DNA from: Planctomycetota bacterium | GTDB lineage: Bacteria > Planctomycetota > UBA1135 > UBA2386 | Reading direction: 5' to 3' | DNA: 64,000 nt | NCBI GenBank assembly: GCA_965228735.1 | Contig: OZ245838.1 | Location: forward strand, 1,568,001-1,632,000 | Shown: piece by piece, positions 28,898 through 38,024 of the stretch | Layout of the letters: each line of letters starts with the position of its first letter | Numbering within the stretch: position 1 is the stretch's first letter | Translations under genes and position numbers: made by a program | The notes under the pieces: generated by a model | What the model saw: the letters and a program-made list of their open reading frames with translations, nothing else | Told to the model about the DNA's origin: nothing | Database searches by the model: none

Positions 28898-31009
28898 ATG
28901 GCACCCCGTCTGATTCTCACCTTCCTCGCCGCTGTCTGCCTCCTGCCCGACGAGGGGCAGTGGCTGCCCACCCAGGTCCGCGACATGGACTGGGCCGCGC
29001 TGCAGAAGCGCGGCATGAAGCTCGAACGCGACGAGTTCTGGCATCCGGAGAACGGCGGCGTGCTGTCGGCCACGGTCCAGATCAACGGCTGCACCGCGTC
29101 GTTCTGTTCGCCGAAGGGCCTGCTCGTCACCAACCACCACTGCGGCTTCAGCGCCGTCACGGCGCTCAGCACACCCGAGCAGAACCACCTCGAGAACGGT
29201 TTCGGCGCCCAGACGATGGCCGAAGAACTGCCGGCCCCGGGCGTCACGGCGTTCGTGCTGAAGCGCATCGAGGACGTGACCGCGAAGGTGCACGCAGCAC
29301 AGCAGAAGGCGACGAGTGACCTCGAGCGCTGGTCGATCACGCAGGAAACGATCGCGGCTCTGGTCGAGGAAGGGCAGGCGAGCGAGCCCAACACCGAGTG
29401 CTCGGTCGCGAGCTTCCTCGAGGGCAAGGAGTATCACCTCTACTATCGCACCAAGCTCACGGACGTCCGCCTCGTCTACGCGCCGCCGCGGGCGATCGGC
29501 GAGTACGGCGGCGAGATCGACAACTGGGAGTGGCCGCGGCACACCGGCGACTTCACGTTCTTCCGCGCCTACGTCGGACCCGACGGGACGGCGCGCGACT
29601 ACGCCGACGACAACGTGCCGTTCGAGCCGAAGCACTACCTGAAGGTCTCGACCGAAGGCAGCGTCGAGGGTGACCTCGCGATCATCATGGGCTACCCCGG
29701 CAGCACACAGCGCTACGAGTCGAGCCGCGCCGTCGCGTTGCAGGAGAGCTATGTGTTCCCCAAGCGCGACATCGTGCTCACCCACGCGATCGACGCACTC
29801 GAGGCCGCGAGCGCGGCGAGCGAGGAGATGAAGCTGGCCTACGTCGATCGCATCAAGAGCCTCGCGAACATCGAGAAGAACGCCCGCGGCATGATCTTCG
29901 GGCTGAAGAACAACGCGACCGTCGCGCGCAAGCTGCGCGAGGAGAAGCAGCTCCGCGAGTGGATCGCGAGCAACGCCGACCGGCAGCAGCAGTTCGGCTC
30001 CGTGCTCGACGAACTGCTCGCGATGGACGAGGAGCAGGCGCGCACGATCGAGCTGGAGACGATGATGTGGTTCACCCTCGTCATCGGCCGCGAGGCGCCG
30101 CTCCTCCAGGTCCTCATGCAGGCGTGCGGCGCGGCCGAGGCCGGCGGGCGCATGGCGGGCCTCGCGCAGGCGCTGGGCGGTCCGCGCTTCGACCAGCACT
30201 GGGACTCCGTGCAGCAGCCGATCCTCGCGGTGCTCATCGATGAGTACGCGGCGATGTCAAAGGCGCAGCGGATCCCGGGGCTCGAGTTCCTCAACGAAGG
30301 TGACTACGCCGAGGCGCCGAGCAAGACGCTGTTCGATCGGACCCGGATGACCGATCCCGAGGCGCGCGCGGAGCTGTTCGGCAAGGGCGCCGAGGCCGTG
30401 CTCGCGAGCGACGACCCGATGATCAAGCTCGCGCGGGCACTCGCGAAGGAACGCGTGCAGTTCTTCGCGCGCCGCCGCGAACGCAGCGGCAAGATGCTCG
30501 ACGTCGGGCGACGTTGGATCGCCGCGCAGGAAGCGTTCCGCGGCCAGAGCTTCTACCCCGACGCGAACAGCACGCTGCGGGTGTCGATCGCCGAGGTCAA
30601 GGGCTACGTGCCGCGCGACGGGGTGCAGTACACGCCCCACACCACGGTCGCGGGGCTGATCGCGAAACACACCGACAGCAGCCCGTTCGATGCGCCCGAC
30701 GCGCTCCTGACCGCGGCCGAACGGCGGATGGACAGCCGCTGGATCGACGCTCGCATCGGCGACGTGCCGGTCTGCTTCCTCACCAACGGTGACACGACCG
30801 GCGGCAACTCGGGCTCGCCCGTGATCGACGGCCAGGGCCGGCTCATCGGGCTGAACTTCGACCGCGTGTTCGAAGCCGTCGCGGGCGACTTCGGCTGGCA
30901 TCCGGCGCGCTCGCGCAACGTCGTCGTCGACATCCGCTACGCGCTCTGGGTCATGGACGAGGTCTTCCCGTGCAACCGGGTGCTCGAGGAGATGGGCTGC
31001 GGCAGGTAG
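28898..31009 (+). CDS. S46 family dipeptidyl peptidase (DPP7/DPP11-like)
   Basis: DEGQWLP, TNHHC, DNWEWPRHTGDF, YPDANSTLR, TGGNSGSPV and GLNFD. Confidence 0.96.
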   Translation: MAPRLILTFLAAVCLLPDEGQWLPTQVRDMDWAALQKRGMKLERDEFWHPENGGVLSATVQINGCTASFCSPKGLLVTNHHCGFSAVTALSTPEQNHLENGFGAQTMAEELPAPGVTAFVLKRIEDVTAKVHAAQQKATSDLERWSITQETIAALVEEGQASEPNTECSVASFLEGKEYHLYYRTKLTDVRLVYAPPRAIGEYGGEIDNWEWPRHTGDFTFFRAYVGPDGTARDYADDNVPFEPKHYLKVSTEGSVEGDLAIIMGYPGSTQRYESSRAVALQESYVFPKRDIVLTHAIDALEAASAASEEMKLAYVDRIKSLANIEKNARGMIFGLKNNATVARKLREEKQLREWIASNADRQQQFGSVLDELLAMDEEQARTIELETMMWFTLVIGREAPLLQVLMQACGAAEAGGRMAGLAQALGGPRFDQHWDSVQQPILAVLIDEYAAMSKAQRIPGLEFLNEGDYAEAPSKTLFDRTRMTDPEARAELFGKGAEAVLASDDPMIKLARALAKERVQFFARRRERSGKMLDVGRRWIAAQEAFRGQSFYPDANSTLRVSIAEVKGYVPRDGVQYTPHTTVAGLIAKHTDSSPFDAPDALLTAAERRMDSRWIDARIGDVPVCFLTNGDTTGGNSGSPVIDGQGRLIGLNFDRVFEAVAGDFGWHPARSRNVVVDIRYALWVMDEVFPCNRVLEEMGCGR

Positions 31010-31039
31010 TCGTGGCGGCGGGCGTTGCCCGGCCGAGGA

Positions 31040-32053
31040 TCAGCCGAGCCGCAGCCACTGGCCCGCGACCATCACCGCGGTCACGACGACGCAGATCGCG
31101 GAGGCGGCGAGGCCGGCGCGGCGCAGGTTCTTCATCTGCCACCACATCAGCAGGCCGCTGCCGGCCCAGGCGACCATCGCGATCGCCATGCCGTCGACCA
31201 TGAGCGCCCACCAGAACCGCGCGCCGAAGTCGTCAGCCGGATAGCCGTGCGCCGTGTGCAGGCGCAACAGGAAGGAGCGCATGCTGCGTCGCACTGCGGG
31301 CGCCGCGGTCGGCTCGACGTCGAGCGAGCCGTCGCGCAGGTCGTAGCTGGCGTCGTAGGCCGCGCCGCTGTCGTCCAACAGGCCGAACTCCACGCACGGC
31401 GCCGAACGCACCTGCCATTCCGCGGTCCTGCCGCCGGGCAGCGCAACCGCATCGGCTGCGGCCGACAAGCTCGCGAGCTCGGCCCGGCCGATGTCAAGTT
31501 CGAGTTCCTCCGTCCGCGCGAGGTCGCGCGCATCGCGGCGCGGCTGCGTGCCGCGTGCGAACACGCGGGCGTCGCCGTTCGGCCGGTCGATGACGACCGA
31601 GTAGCGCGTGCCATCGACCGAGGCCTGCAAGAGTGATCGCCCGGTGAACCGGGCATCGACGGCGGGGTCGAGCTGCCAGCCGGAATCACCCAGCCCATCG
31701 CCGACCGCGGCGACGATCGCATTCACGGCCGGCAGCGCCCGGCGGCCGGCTGCGTCCAACTCGGCGGCCGGGACCGTGCGCACCGAGCTGTCCGACCACA
31801 CCGTCGGGTGGTTGAACAGGAAGGCCGTCACCCCGTAGAGCACGACGAACGGCACGAGCGCGAGTCCGCTGTAGAGGTGGCACCGCCGCACGAACTTCAG
31901 CGCCCGGTTCCACGCCTTGCGAGCCCGACCCGTCCCGCTGCCCGCCAGGCCCTGCCGACGCACGAGCCGCGCGCCGAGCGGCCGCGAATCCCGCGGCGCC
32001 GGCCGCAGGGCCGGCCCATCCGCACGCGCCCAGCCAGGATCGACAGCGCTCAT
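31040..32053 (-). CDS. PepSY-associated TM helix domain protein (iron-uptake associated family)
   Basis: RRCHLYSGL...GVTAFLFNHP and LLRLHTAHGY...WALMVD...SGLLMWW. Confidence 0.85.
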   Translation of the reverse strand: MSAVDPGWARADGPALRPAPRDSRPLGARLVRRQGLAGSGTGRARKAWNRALKFVRRCHLYSGLALVPFVVLYGVTAFLFNHPTVWSDSSVRTVPAAELDAAGRRALPAVNAIVAAVGDGLGDSGWQLDPAVDARFTGRSLLQASVDGTRYSVVIDRPNGDARVFARGTQPRRDARDLARTEELELDIGRAELASLSAAADAVALPGGRTAEWQVRSAPCVEFGLLDDSGAAYDASYDLRDGSLDVEPTAAPAVRRSMRSFLLRLHTAHGYPADDFGARFWWALMVDGMAIAMVAWAGSGLLMWWQMKNLRRAGLAASAICVVVTAVMVAGQWLRLG

Positions 32054-32307
32054 GACCGTGCTCCAGGATCACCGCCGGCCGCCCGGCCACCGCGCGGATC
32101 GAGATCCGGCGCCCGGACGATCTCCCGCCAGTGGTCACCGTGCTCGTCGCGGACCACGAGCCGGCGGCGGCTCGTCAGCAGCAGATCCGTGAGCTGTTCG
32201 AAGGCGCGCCGTTCGAGACGCAGGGCAACGGGGCCAACCGTGAGAACCGTGTGGTCCTCGCTGCACGCATCGAGCGCGCAGCAGCCGTTTCGGGCAATTC
32301 GTTCCAT
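32050..32307 (-). CDS. Small Cys/His-containing hypothetical protein
   Basis: 85 aa, GCCALDACSEDHTVLTVGPVALRL; ATGA overlap couples it to the PepSY-TM gene. Confidence 0.7.
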   Translation of the reverse strand: MERIARNGCCALDACSEDHTVLTVGPVALRLERRAFEQLTDLLLTSRRRLVVRDEHGDHWREIVRAPDLDPRGGRAAGGDPGARS

Positions 32308-32416
32308 CGATGAACTGCGAGTGAAGTGAGCAGGAGAACAACAGGACGACGCGGCTCGTGACGGTCGCGTCGAGGAGTTGGCGCCGGTCGGCCCCGCCTC
32401 GCTACAGCCCCACTAT

Positions 32417-32437
32417 TATTGCGACTGCGTCTCAGTA
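32417..32437. promoter_or_regulatory. Putative Fur/metal-repressor-type palindromic operator
   Basis: TATTGCGAC-TGC-GTCTCAGTA (7/9 inverted match) in an AT-rich patch about 110 bp upstream of the Cys-protein/PepSY operon. Confidence 0.55.
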
Positions 32438-32560
32438 GCAAGAAAAGAACGCAGACATGACCGATGAAGAACCCACGAAGGCGGGCGCATCCCCTTCTCC
32501 ACCTGACATCGCCGAACGCTGCGACCGGCCGGGAAATCCCTGGCGACCGAAGAATCCGGG

Positions 32561-33136
32561 CTAACCGCCCGCAGCCTGCGCGCGCTGCCAGACCTTCTCG
32601 ATCTCGGCCTCGTATACGACGATGTCCTCGAGCTCGCGGTAGCGCCCGTCGATGTCCATGCCGAAGCCGATGACGAACTCGTCAGGGATGTCGAACCCGA
32701 TGTGATCCGGCACGACGTCCACGACGCGCCGGGACGGCTTGTCGAGGAGCGTCACGACGCGACACGCCTTCGCACCACGCTCGGCGAAGTGTCCGCGCAG
32801 CCGCGCGATCGTGCGCCCCGTATCGACGATGTCCTCGATGAGGACCACCGTCCGGCCTGCGCACGGGATGTCCTGCCCGCCGCGCACCTCGACGTTGCCG
32901 CTGCTCTCCGTCCCGGCGCCATACGACTTCGCGGCGATCTCGTGCACGGGCAGACCGCCGGGCAACAACCGCTGCAGATGCCGCGCGAGCGGCCGCGCGC
33001 CCTCGACCACGGCGACGAGACACGGGGGTTCGTGCGCGACCTCGTCGGCGAGCAGGCGCGACAGTTCGTGGATGCGCCGCAGGATGTCGTCGCGACTCAG
33101 GAGGACGCGGAAAGGCGGGTGGTTGGAGGCTGTCAT
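32561..33136 (-). CDS. hpt: Hypoxanthine phosphoribosyltransferase
   Basis: AKSYG.GTESSG, VVLIEDIVDTGRT (PRPP motif), LLDKPSRR and FVIGFGMD. Confidence 0.93.
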   Translation of the reverse strand: MTASNHPPFRVLLSRDDILRRIHELSRLLADEVAHEPPCLVAVVEGARPLARHLQRLLPGGLPVHEIAAKSYGAGTESSGNVEVRGGQDIPCAGRTVVLIEDIVDTGRTIARLRGHFAERGAKACRVVTLLDKPSRRVVDVVPDHIGFDIPDEFVIGFGMDIDGRYRELEDIVVYEAEIEKVWQRAQAAGG

Positions 33137-33153
33137 GCGCGATCGGCTTCCGG

Positions 33154-35019
33154 TCACGGCATCTGGAACGCGACCGCCGGCGACAGCGCCGGGATCGTGA
33201 ACGTGTTGAGATCGAGGATCACGTGGGCGGCGAACAACGTCGCGCCGGAGAAGACGTTGGGGGTCGGCAGATCGAGTCGCAGCGAACGATAGCCCGCCGC
33301 CGGCATCGCCTGGAACGAGCCCGGCAGACCGAGCCACAGCTGCAGGAACGGATCGAGGTTGAGCGGGATCGTCTGATTGAGGAACGGGAAACCGGGCGTC
33401 GAACCGTAGGCCACGCCGATGATGCTCCAGAGCGCCCCGCCACCGTGATCGAGTGCCGTGCCGTGCACCGTGATCCCGCCGCCATCCGTCGACACCCCGA
33501 CCTGCACCGGGTGCAGCGTCGTGTCCGTCGGATTCATCGCCCCGGGGGAGCCGCGGTCACCGATCCCGAACGGCAGCGGCGCGGCGGCACAGTTCGACGA
33601 CACCGCGCTGGCGAACAGATTGCGACGCTCGGTCGCGATCCCGCTGCCGCCCGGGAACCCGCTCGTGTAGGAGATCGAATCGAGGAAGGTCGAACCCTGC
33701 CGCAGCGTCACCGTCTCGCCGCCGTTGCCGAGCGACATCGTGTTGTACGGGACGGTCATGCCGAGCGGCTGCTGGCCGTTGCGGGCCGGGGCACCGTCAC
33801 GCTGGAACACCATCGGGCGGCCCGGCACGAGCATGAAGTTGCTCGCGATCGTGATCGTCGAGCTGTTGTCCTGGATGCGCAGCCCGGCGAGACCGACCGG
33901 TTGCGGACCGACGTTCACGACCTCGACGTATTCGCCGTTGGTGTCGGGCACGACGGACGGGTCGCGATGCAGCTCGCTGATGCGCACGTCGCCGGCGCCG
34001 AGCTGCGGCACGCTGACCTCATCGCAGTAGAAGTCGAGGAAGTCGCCGTTCTCCGCGGTCGCGCGATAGCGCCGACCGTCGGTGTCGATCCGCACGTTCC
34101 CCGTGACGCCGAACCCGATCGTGTTCGAGCTGCCGCGCGTCGTGCTGAGCATCGCCCGCGCTGCGGCGGCCTGGACGATCCGATTGGTGACGTTGATCGT
34201 CGGGTGCCCGTAGGGATTGCCCGTGCCGCAGCTCACCAGCGCGAGTTCGGGGTCGAGCCGCGTCACGAGGTTGGTGTTGGTCGAGGTGTTCGAGCCGTGG
34301 TGGTTGAGCTTGTAGACGTCGACATCGCCGCAGGCGAGCGCCGCTGCACTCTCCACGTCGACCGTGCTGTTGCCGCCACCCGTGAGGTCGCCGCCGAGCC
34401 ACATCGAGAAATCGCCGTAGTCGAGCCGCAGCACGACCGACCGCGAGTTCTCTTCCTGCGACGAGGGGATCGGGTCGATGAACGCGCCGCCGAGGACATG
34501 GCCATCGCGCGCGATGCACGTCGCGGTCGCGCCCCCGCCGAGCTGGAAGACCTGGCCGACCTGCACCGTGCGGCGCCGCGCCCCGGCCGCGTTGAGGTAG
34601 TCCGGCATCTGCGAGCTGCCGTTGTTCCGGCGCAGGTCGCCGCGGTCGTAGGCGAACACGAACGGGCGCGCGTTGAGCAGCTCGTCGAGCCCGCCCATGT
34701 GATCCGTGTGGAAATGCGACAGGAACGTGAAGCCGTAGCCGGTCGGCTGCAGCTGGTTCACGACCGGCAGCATCGACAGGATCCCCTGGTTGTTCGGGCC
34801 GCCGTCGTAGCAGTGGATCGTCCCGTCCGGCGCGCGGATCACGACGCCGTCACCCTGACCGACGTCGACGAGCACGACCGTGAGACCGGTCGGCGCGTCG
34901 GCTTCGCCGTTCTGGGCGGCGAGCTGCAGCCCGAACGAAACGATGGCGGCGACCAGGGCGAGCGCCCTGGCGAAGTTGGAAGCGAACATGGCGGCGAGGA
35001 CCATACCAGATGCGGCCAC
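33154..35019 (-). CDS. Secreted ComEC/Rec2-type MBL hydrolase with lamin-tail domain and C-terminal beta domain (probable nuclease)
   Basis: DVGQGD, SHFHTDHMGG, NHHGS, NPYGHP; lamin-tail VRISEL..P...NGEYVEVVN; start approximate. Confidence 0.88.
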   Translation of the reverse strand: MAASGMVLAAMFASNFARALALVAAIVSFGLQLAAQNGEADAPTGLTVVLVDVGQGDGVVIRAPDGTIHCYDGGPNNQGILSMLPVVNQLQPTGYGFTFLSHFHTDHMGGLDELLNARPFVFAYDRGDLRRNNGSSQMPDYLNAAGARRRTVQVGQVFQLGGGATATCIARDGHVLGGAFIDPIPSSQEENSRSVVLRLDYGDFSMWLGGDLTGGGNSTVDVESAAALACGDVDVYKLNHHGSNTSTNTNLVTRLDPELALVSCGTGNPYGHPTINVTNRIVQAAAARAMLSTTRGSSNTIGFGVTGNVRIDTDGRRYRATAENGDFLDFYCDEVSVPQLGAGDVRISELHRDPSVVPDTNGEYVEVVNVGPQPVGLAGLRIQDNSSTITIASNFMLVPGRPMVFQRDGAPARNGQQPLGMTVPYNTMSLGNGGETVTLRQGSTFLDSISYTSGFPGGSGIATERRNLFASAVSSNCAAAPLPFGIGDRGSPGAMNPTDTTLHPVQVGVSTDGGGITVHGTALDHGGGALWSIIGVAYGSTPGFPFLNQTIPLNLDPFLQLWLGLPGSFQAMPAAGYRSLRLDLPTPNVFSGATLFAAHVILDLNTFTIPALSPAVAFQMP

Positions 35020-35036
35020 GGCGCCGCGCCATCGAT

Positions 35037-35909
35037 ATGCTGCGTCGCGTGAACTGCCGCACCGGCTACCACCGCGCAGACCGAACGTCTGCGCCTTTCC
35101 GCATCATGCTGCTCGCCTTGCTGATCGTGGTGCCCGCGTGCGATGACAAGGGCCCGACGCTCGGCACGATCGACGCCGGAGCACTGCAACTGGACAGCGA
35201 CATCGCGCGCTGGGAGCGCCTCGACGAGCACGAGCCACCACGCCGCCTGCGCGACCCGCGCACGGGCGTCGTCTTCCGGCGCGTCGAACCCGGATCGTTC
35301 CCCCAACACCTGCCGCAGCTCGACATCACGCGGACGATCCGCGTGAGCCGCCCGTTCCTGCTCGCCGAGACCGAGTTCACGGCGGGCCAGTTCCGTGCGT
35401 TCGCGAGCCGGGCCATCGCCGGCCCGACCCTGCCGACCCCGAAGCAGGACGAGCTGCCGATGCCGTTGTCGTTCGACGACTCGGTCGCGCTGTGCGATGC
35501 GCTCGGCTACCGCCTGCCGACCGAAGCCGAATGGGAGCTCGCGTGCCGCGGCGGCCACGCGGACGCGACCGCGCCGTGGTCGACGCCCGCCGCCGTGCGC
35601 GAGCACGCGTGGTTCAACGCCAACGCGGGCAGCGGCCCCCAACCCGTCGCGACCCGCACGCCGAACGCGCTCGGCTTCCACGACATGCTCGGCAACGTCT
35701 GGGAATGGTGCATCGACTACTACGAGATGGCGCCGTTCGGGACCGACCCCGCGCCGGTCGATCCGCAGACCACCAACGTCATGCCGGGCCGCGCAATGCG
35801 CGGCGCCTCGTGGTTCACGCCGGGCAACCCGCAACCGACGGACCGGTCCCAGGACTTCCCGGCCACGCGCAACATCTTCTACGGCCTCCGCCCAGCCCAC
35901 GACCTCTGA
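35037..35909 (+). CDS. FGE-sulfatase (SUMF1/EgtB/PvdO) domain protein, probable lipoprotein
   Basis: RLPTEAEWELACR, PNALGFHDMLGNVWEWC, RGASW; lipobox-like VPAC; start uncertain. Confidence 0.9.
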   Translation: MLRRVNCRTGYHRADRTSAPFRIMLLALLIVVPACDDKGPTLGTIDAGALQLDSDIARWERLDEHEPPRRLRDPRTGVVFRRVEPGSFPQHLPQLDITRTIRVSRPFLLAETEFTAGQFRAFASRAIAGPTLPTPKQDELPMPLSFDDSVALCDALGYRLPTEAEWELACRGGHADATAPWSTPAAVREHAWFNANAGSGPQPVATRTPNALGFHDMLGNVWEWCIDYYEMAPFGTDPAPVDPQTTNVMPGRAMRGASWFTPGNPQPTDRSQDFPATRNIFYGLRPAHDL

Positions 35910-36012
35910 GGATTGGCGGTACCGAACCCGTTTCGAATCCGCCACGGAGCGACGAGCGCAGGTGGCGCTGCCGAACCGCGTTGGCGAACCTGGTCGATGG
36001 CGGATTCGAAAC

Positions 36013-38004
36013 GCCGGGTGGCCCTGGGGGTCTCCCCCCAGGGCTCCCACAGATCCGGACGTGCGCGGCTAACGCATCCGGCTCGTCAGCGACAAGGGCT
36101 CGCTGCGTAGACCGACCGGGTCAGCCGGGGCGGAGGAAGCGGGTATGCACGCAGCAGTTGCTCGAAGCGGGCCCACGACATGTAGGCCGCCCGCGAGCGC
36201 CGGCTCAGCCACCGATGCCAGATGCGACGGGCCTCGTACCATACGCGACGTAACGCAGCAGAGTTGCCGGTCACGCCGAAGTAGAGGTAGTGCCCCCGTA
36301 GCTTCGAGCACAGGGTGGAGTACTGGACGCGGACCTTGTCGTGCCGATTGCGACGGCACCAATCCCGTAGCCCAGTCAGGGTACGGGTCACGACGTGTCG
36401 TGTGGTGCGCCGCTGCACGGTCCATCGGCCGCGCCGGGAGCGTGACCAGTGATGGGTGAAGCCCAGGAAGTCGAAAGTGCCGCTCCCCGCCGCGCCGTCT
36501 TCGGGCGGTTGGAAGCGGACTAACCGGGTCTTGTCCGGATGCAGTGTGAGGCCGAAGCGCCCGAGCCTTTGGGCCAGGATCGACGACATCGCACGTGCAT
36601 CGGCTTCGACGGCAAACAGGATCACGAAGTCGTCCGCATAGCGGACCAACTCCGCGCGACCGGCAAGCCTCGGCTTGACTTCCTCGACAAACCAACGGTC
36701 CAGCACTGCGTGCAAATAGATGTTCGCCAGCAGCGGCGAAATCACGCCTCCTTGTGGGGTGCCTTTGCGAGAGCGATGCAGCGCACCGTCCTCCTGCACC
36801 CCCGCCTTCAGCCACTTGTCGATCAGTCGACGGAACACTCCGTCGCGCACCCGCTGGTCGAGGATCGCTCGCAGATGGGTCGGCTCCAGGTTGTCGAAGA
36901 AACCTTGGATGTCGACTTCCAATAGCCAGCCGCCACCCATCGACATCGCATGCTTCCAAAGCGATTCCAGTGCCGTGTGCGGCGAGCGACCGGGACGGAA
37001 GCCGTGCGAGCAGTCCAAGAAGTCCTGCTCATATACCGCCTCCATCACTTGCGTCACCGCCCGCTGCAAGACCTTGTCCTCCAGCGTCGGCACTCCGATT
37101 GGACGCGTGCCACCCTTCCCTTTCGGGATGTGCACGCGCCGGACCGGTGGTGCGCGATAGCGCCCTGACTTCGCGCGTTCGTGCAGGTCCGCGAGGTTGC
37201 CCTCGAGATCCTGCTCGTAGTCGCGAGCCGTGACGCCGTCGACACCAGGAGCTTTGGACTTCTGCGTGCGGCGATACGCCTCCCGCAGAAGCGCGATGTC
37301 CATGTGGTGTGCCAGTGTGGTCAGGACCAGGTCTGGTCGCTGCCTCGCCAGCTCCGCTACCCGCCGGAGTTTCGTGGAGACCTGCTCGGAGCCCGTCGTC
37401 TCCGTGGTCGGTCCGTCCAGCGGTTCCTTGTCGCCGGTGACGCCCTTCCCTCCGCCGGGTCCCCGTGGGGCGGGTTCCCCGGACTCTTTGGTACTATGAC
37501 GCACTCCGACTCCCTCGTTGGCGTCCCGCGTCGCTTCGTTTCCTTCGCTCGGCGGTACCGGCCGTGTGTCCGGATTCCTTGACGGCACCGACGCGGACAC
37601 GACGTCGCGGCCCTGGAGAGTTGGTTTCCGGGCCCCAGCCGGAGTTGACGATCGGACCAATCGAGGGGATCCCAGGTTCCTGGGGAGTCCGATGGATGCG
37701 TGCGGTCGTTCTCAGGACCCCGGAGAGACTTCCGGGCCAAGCCGGTTGCGGCCCTTCCATGTTGCCTTCCGATGAACCCACCACGTCGGCTCTCTCGCTG
37801 TCGGTACTTTCGGGGCTCAGTCGCGCCGCCCACATCCTCGCTGTCTACGCTTCGCAGCGGCGGTTACCCGGTCGCCACGCAAGACTCGCTTCCGGCTGGT
37901 GGCTAGCCTTCGCCGGGCGGGTTTCGTCACCCGCGGGACTCCAATACGGGGTTCTCATTCCTGTCAGGTCATGATTTCTCCCGTCCAGGCTTCGCCTGGC
38001 GCAA
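36013..38004 (-). mobile_element. Group II intron (IIB-type ribozyme, En-minus RT), 1992 nt
   Basis: 5' end TTGCGCC. Domain I motifs GCGAAGCGTAGACAG, GAGCCCCGAAA, GCCGAC..CGGAAGGCAAC, CAGGAACCTGGGA. Domain V GAGCCGGATGCG..GCACGTCCGGATC. Domain VI CCCTGGGG..CCCCAGGGCCACCCGGC. Removing it restores the repeat arm. Confidence 0.93.
36086..37420 (-). CDS. ltrA: Group II intron reverse transcriptase/maturase, no HNH endonuclease domain
   Basis: APGVDG, VRRVHIPK, RPIGVPTLEDKVLQ, SHGFRPGRS, DIQGFFDNL, GTPQGGVISPLLANIYLH, RYADD, FDFLGF and X domain LRGHYLYFG. The frame is open to 37660 and the start is ambiguous (CTG at 37420 chosen). Confidence 0.95.
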   Translation of the reverse strand: MDGPTTETTGSEQVSTKLRRVAELARQRPDLVLTTLAHHMDIALLREAYRRTQKSKAPGVDGVTARDYEQDLEGNLADLHERAKSGRYRAPPVRRVHIPKGKGGTRPIGVPTLEDKVLQRAVTQVMEAVYEQDFLDCSHGFRPGRSPHTALESLWKHAMSMGGGWLLEVDIQGFFDNLEPTHLRAILDQRVRDGVFRRLIDKWLKAGVQEDGALHRSRKGTPQGGVISPLLANIYLHAVLDRWFVEEVKPRLAGRAELVRYADDFVILFAVEADARAMSSILAQRLGRFGLTLHPDKTRLVRFQPPEDGAAGSGTFDFLGFTHHWSRSRRGRWTVQRRTTRHVVTRTLTGLRDWCRRNRHDKVRVQYSTLCSKLRGHYLYFGVTGNSAALRRVWYEARRIWHRWLSRRSRAAYMSWARFEQLLRAYPLPPPRLTRSVYAASPCR

Positions 38005-38024
38005 AGGTTCGGTACCGCCAACCT

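Larger units (their letters stand above)
35915..38020. repeat. REP/REPIN-like inverted-repeat element, copy 2; right arm split by the group II intron
   Basis: Left arm ggcggtaccgaacccgtttcgaatccgcca (35915-35944). Right arm tggcggattcgaaac (35998-36012), then the intron, then aggttcggtaccgcca (38005-38020). Confidence 0.88.

Noticed and set aside
33223..35052. 609-aa plus-strand ORF
   Set aside because: Shadow of the MBL/lamin-tail gene.
36086..37660. RT as a retron, DGR or CRISPR-associated RT
   Set aside because: It has group II domains I, V and VI, an X domain and precise exon junctions; no msr/msd, TR/VR pair or cas genes are seen.
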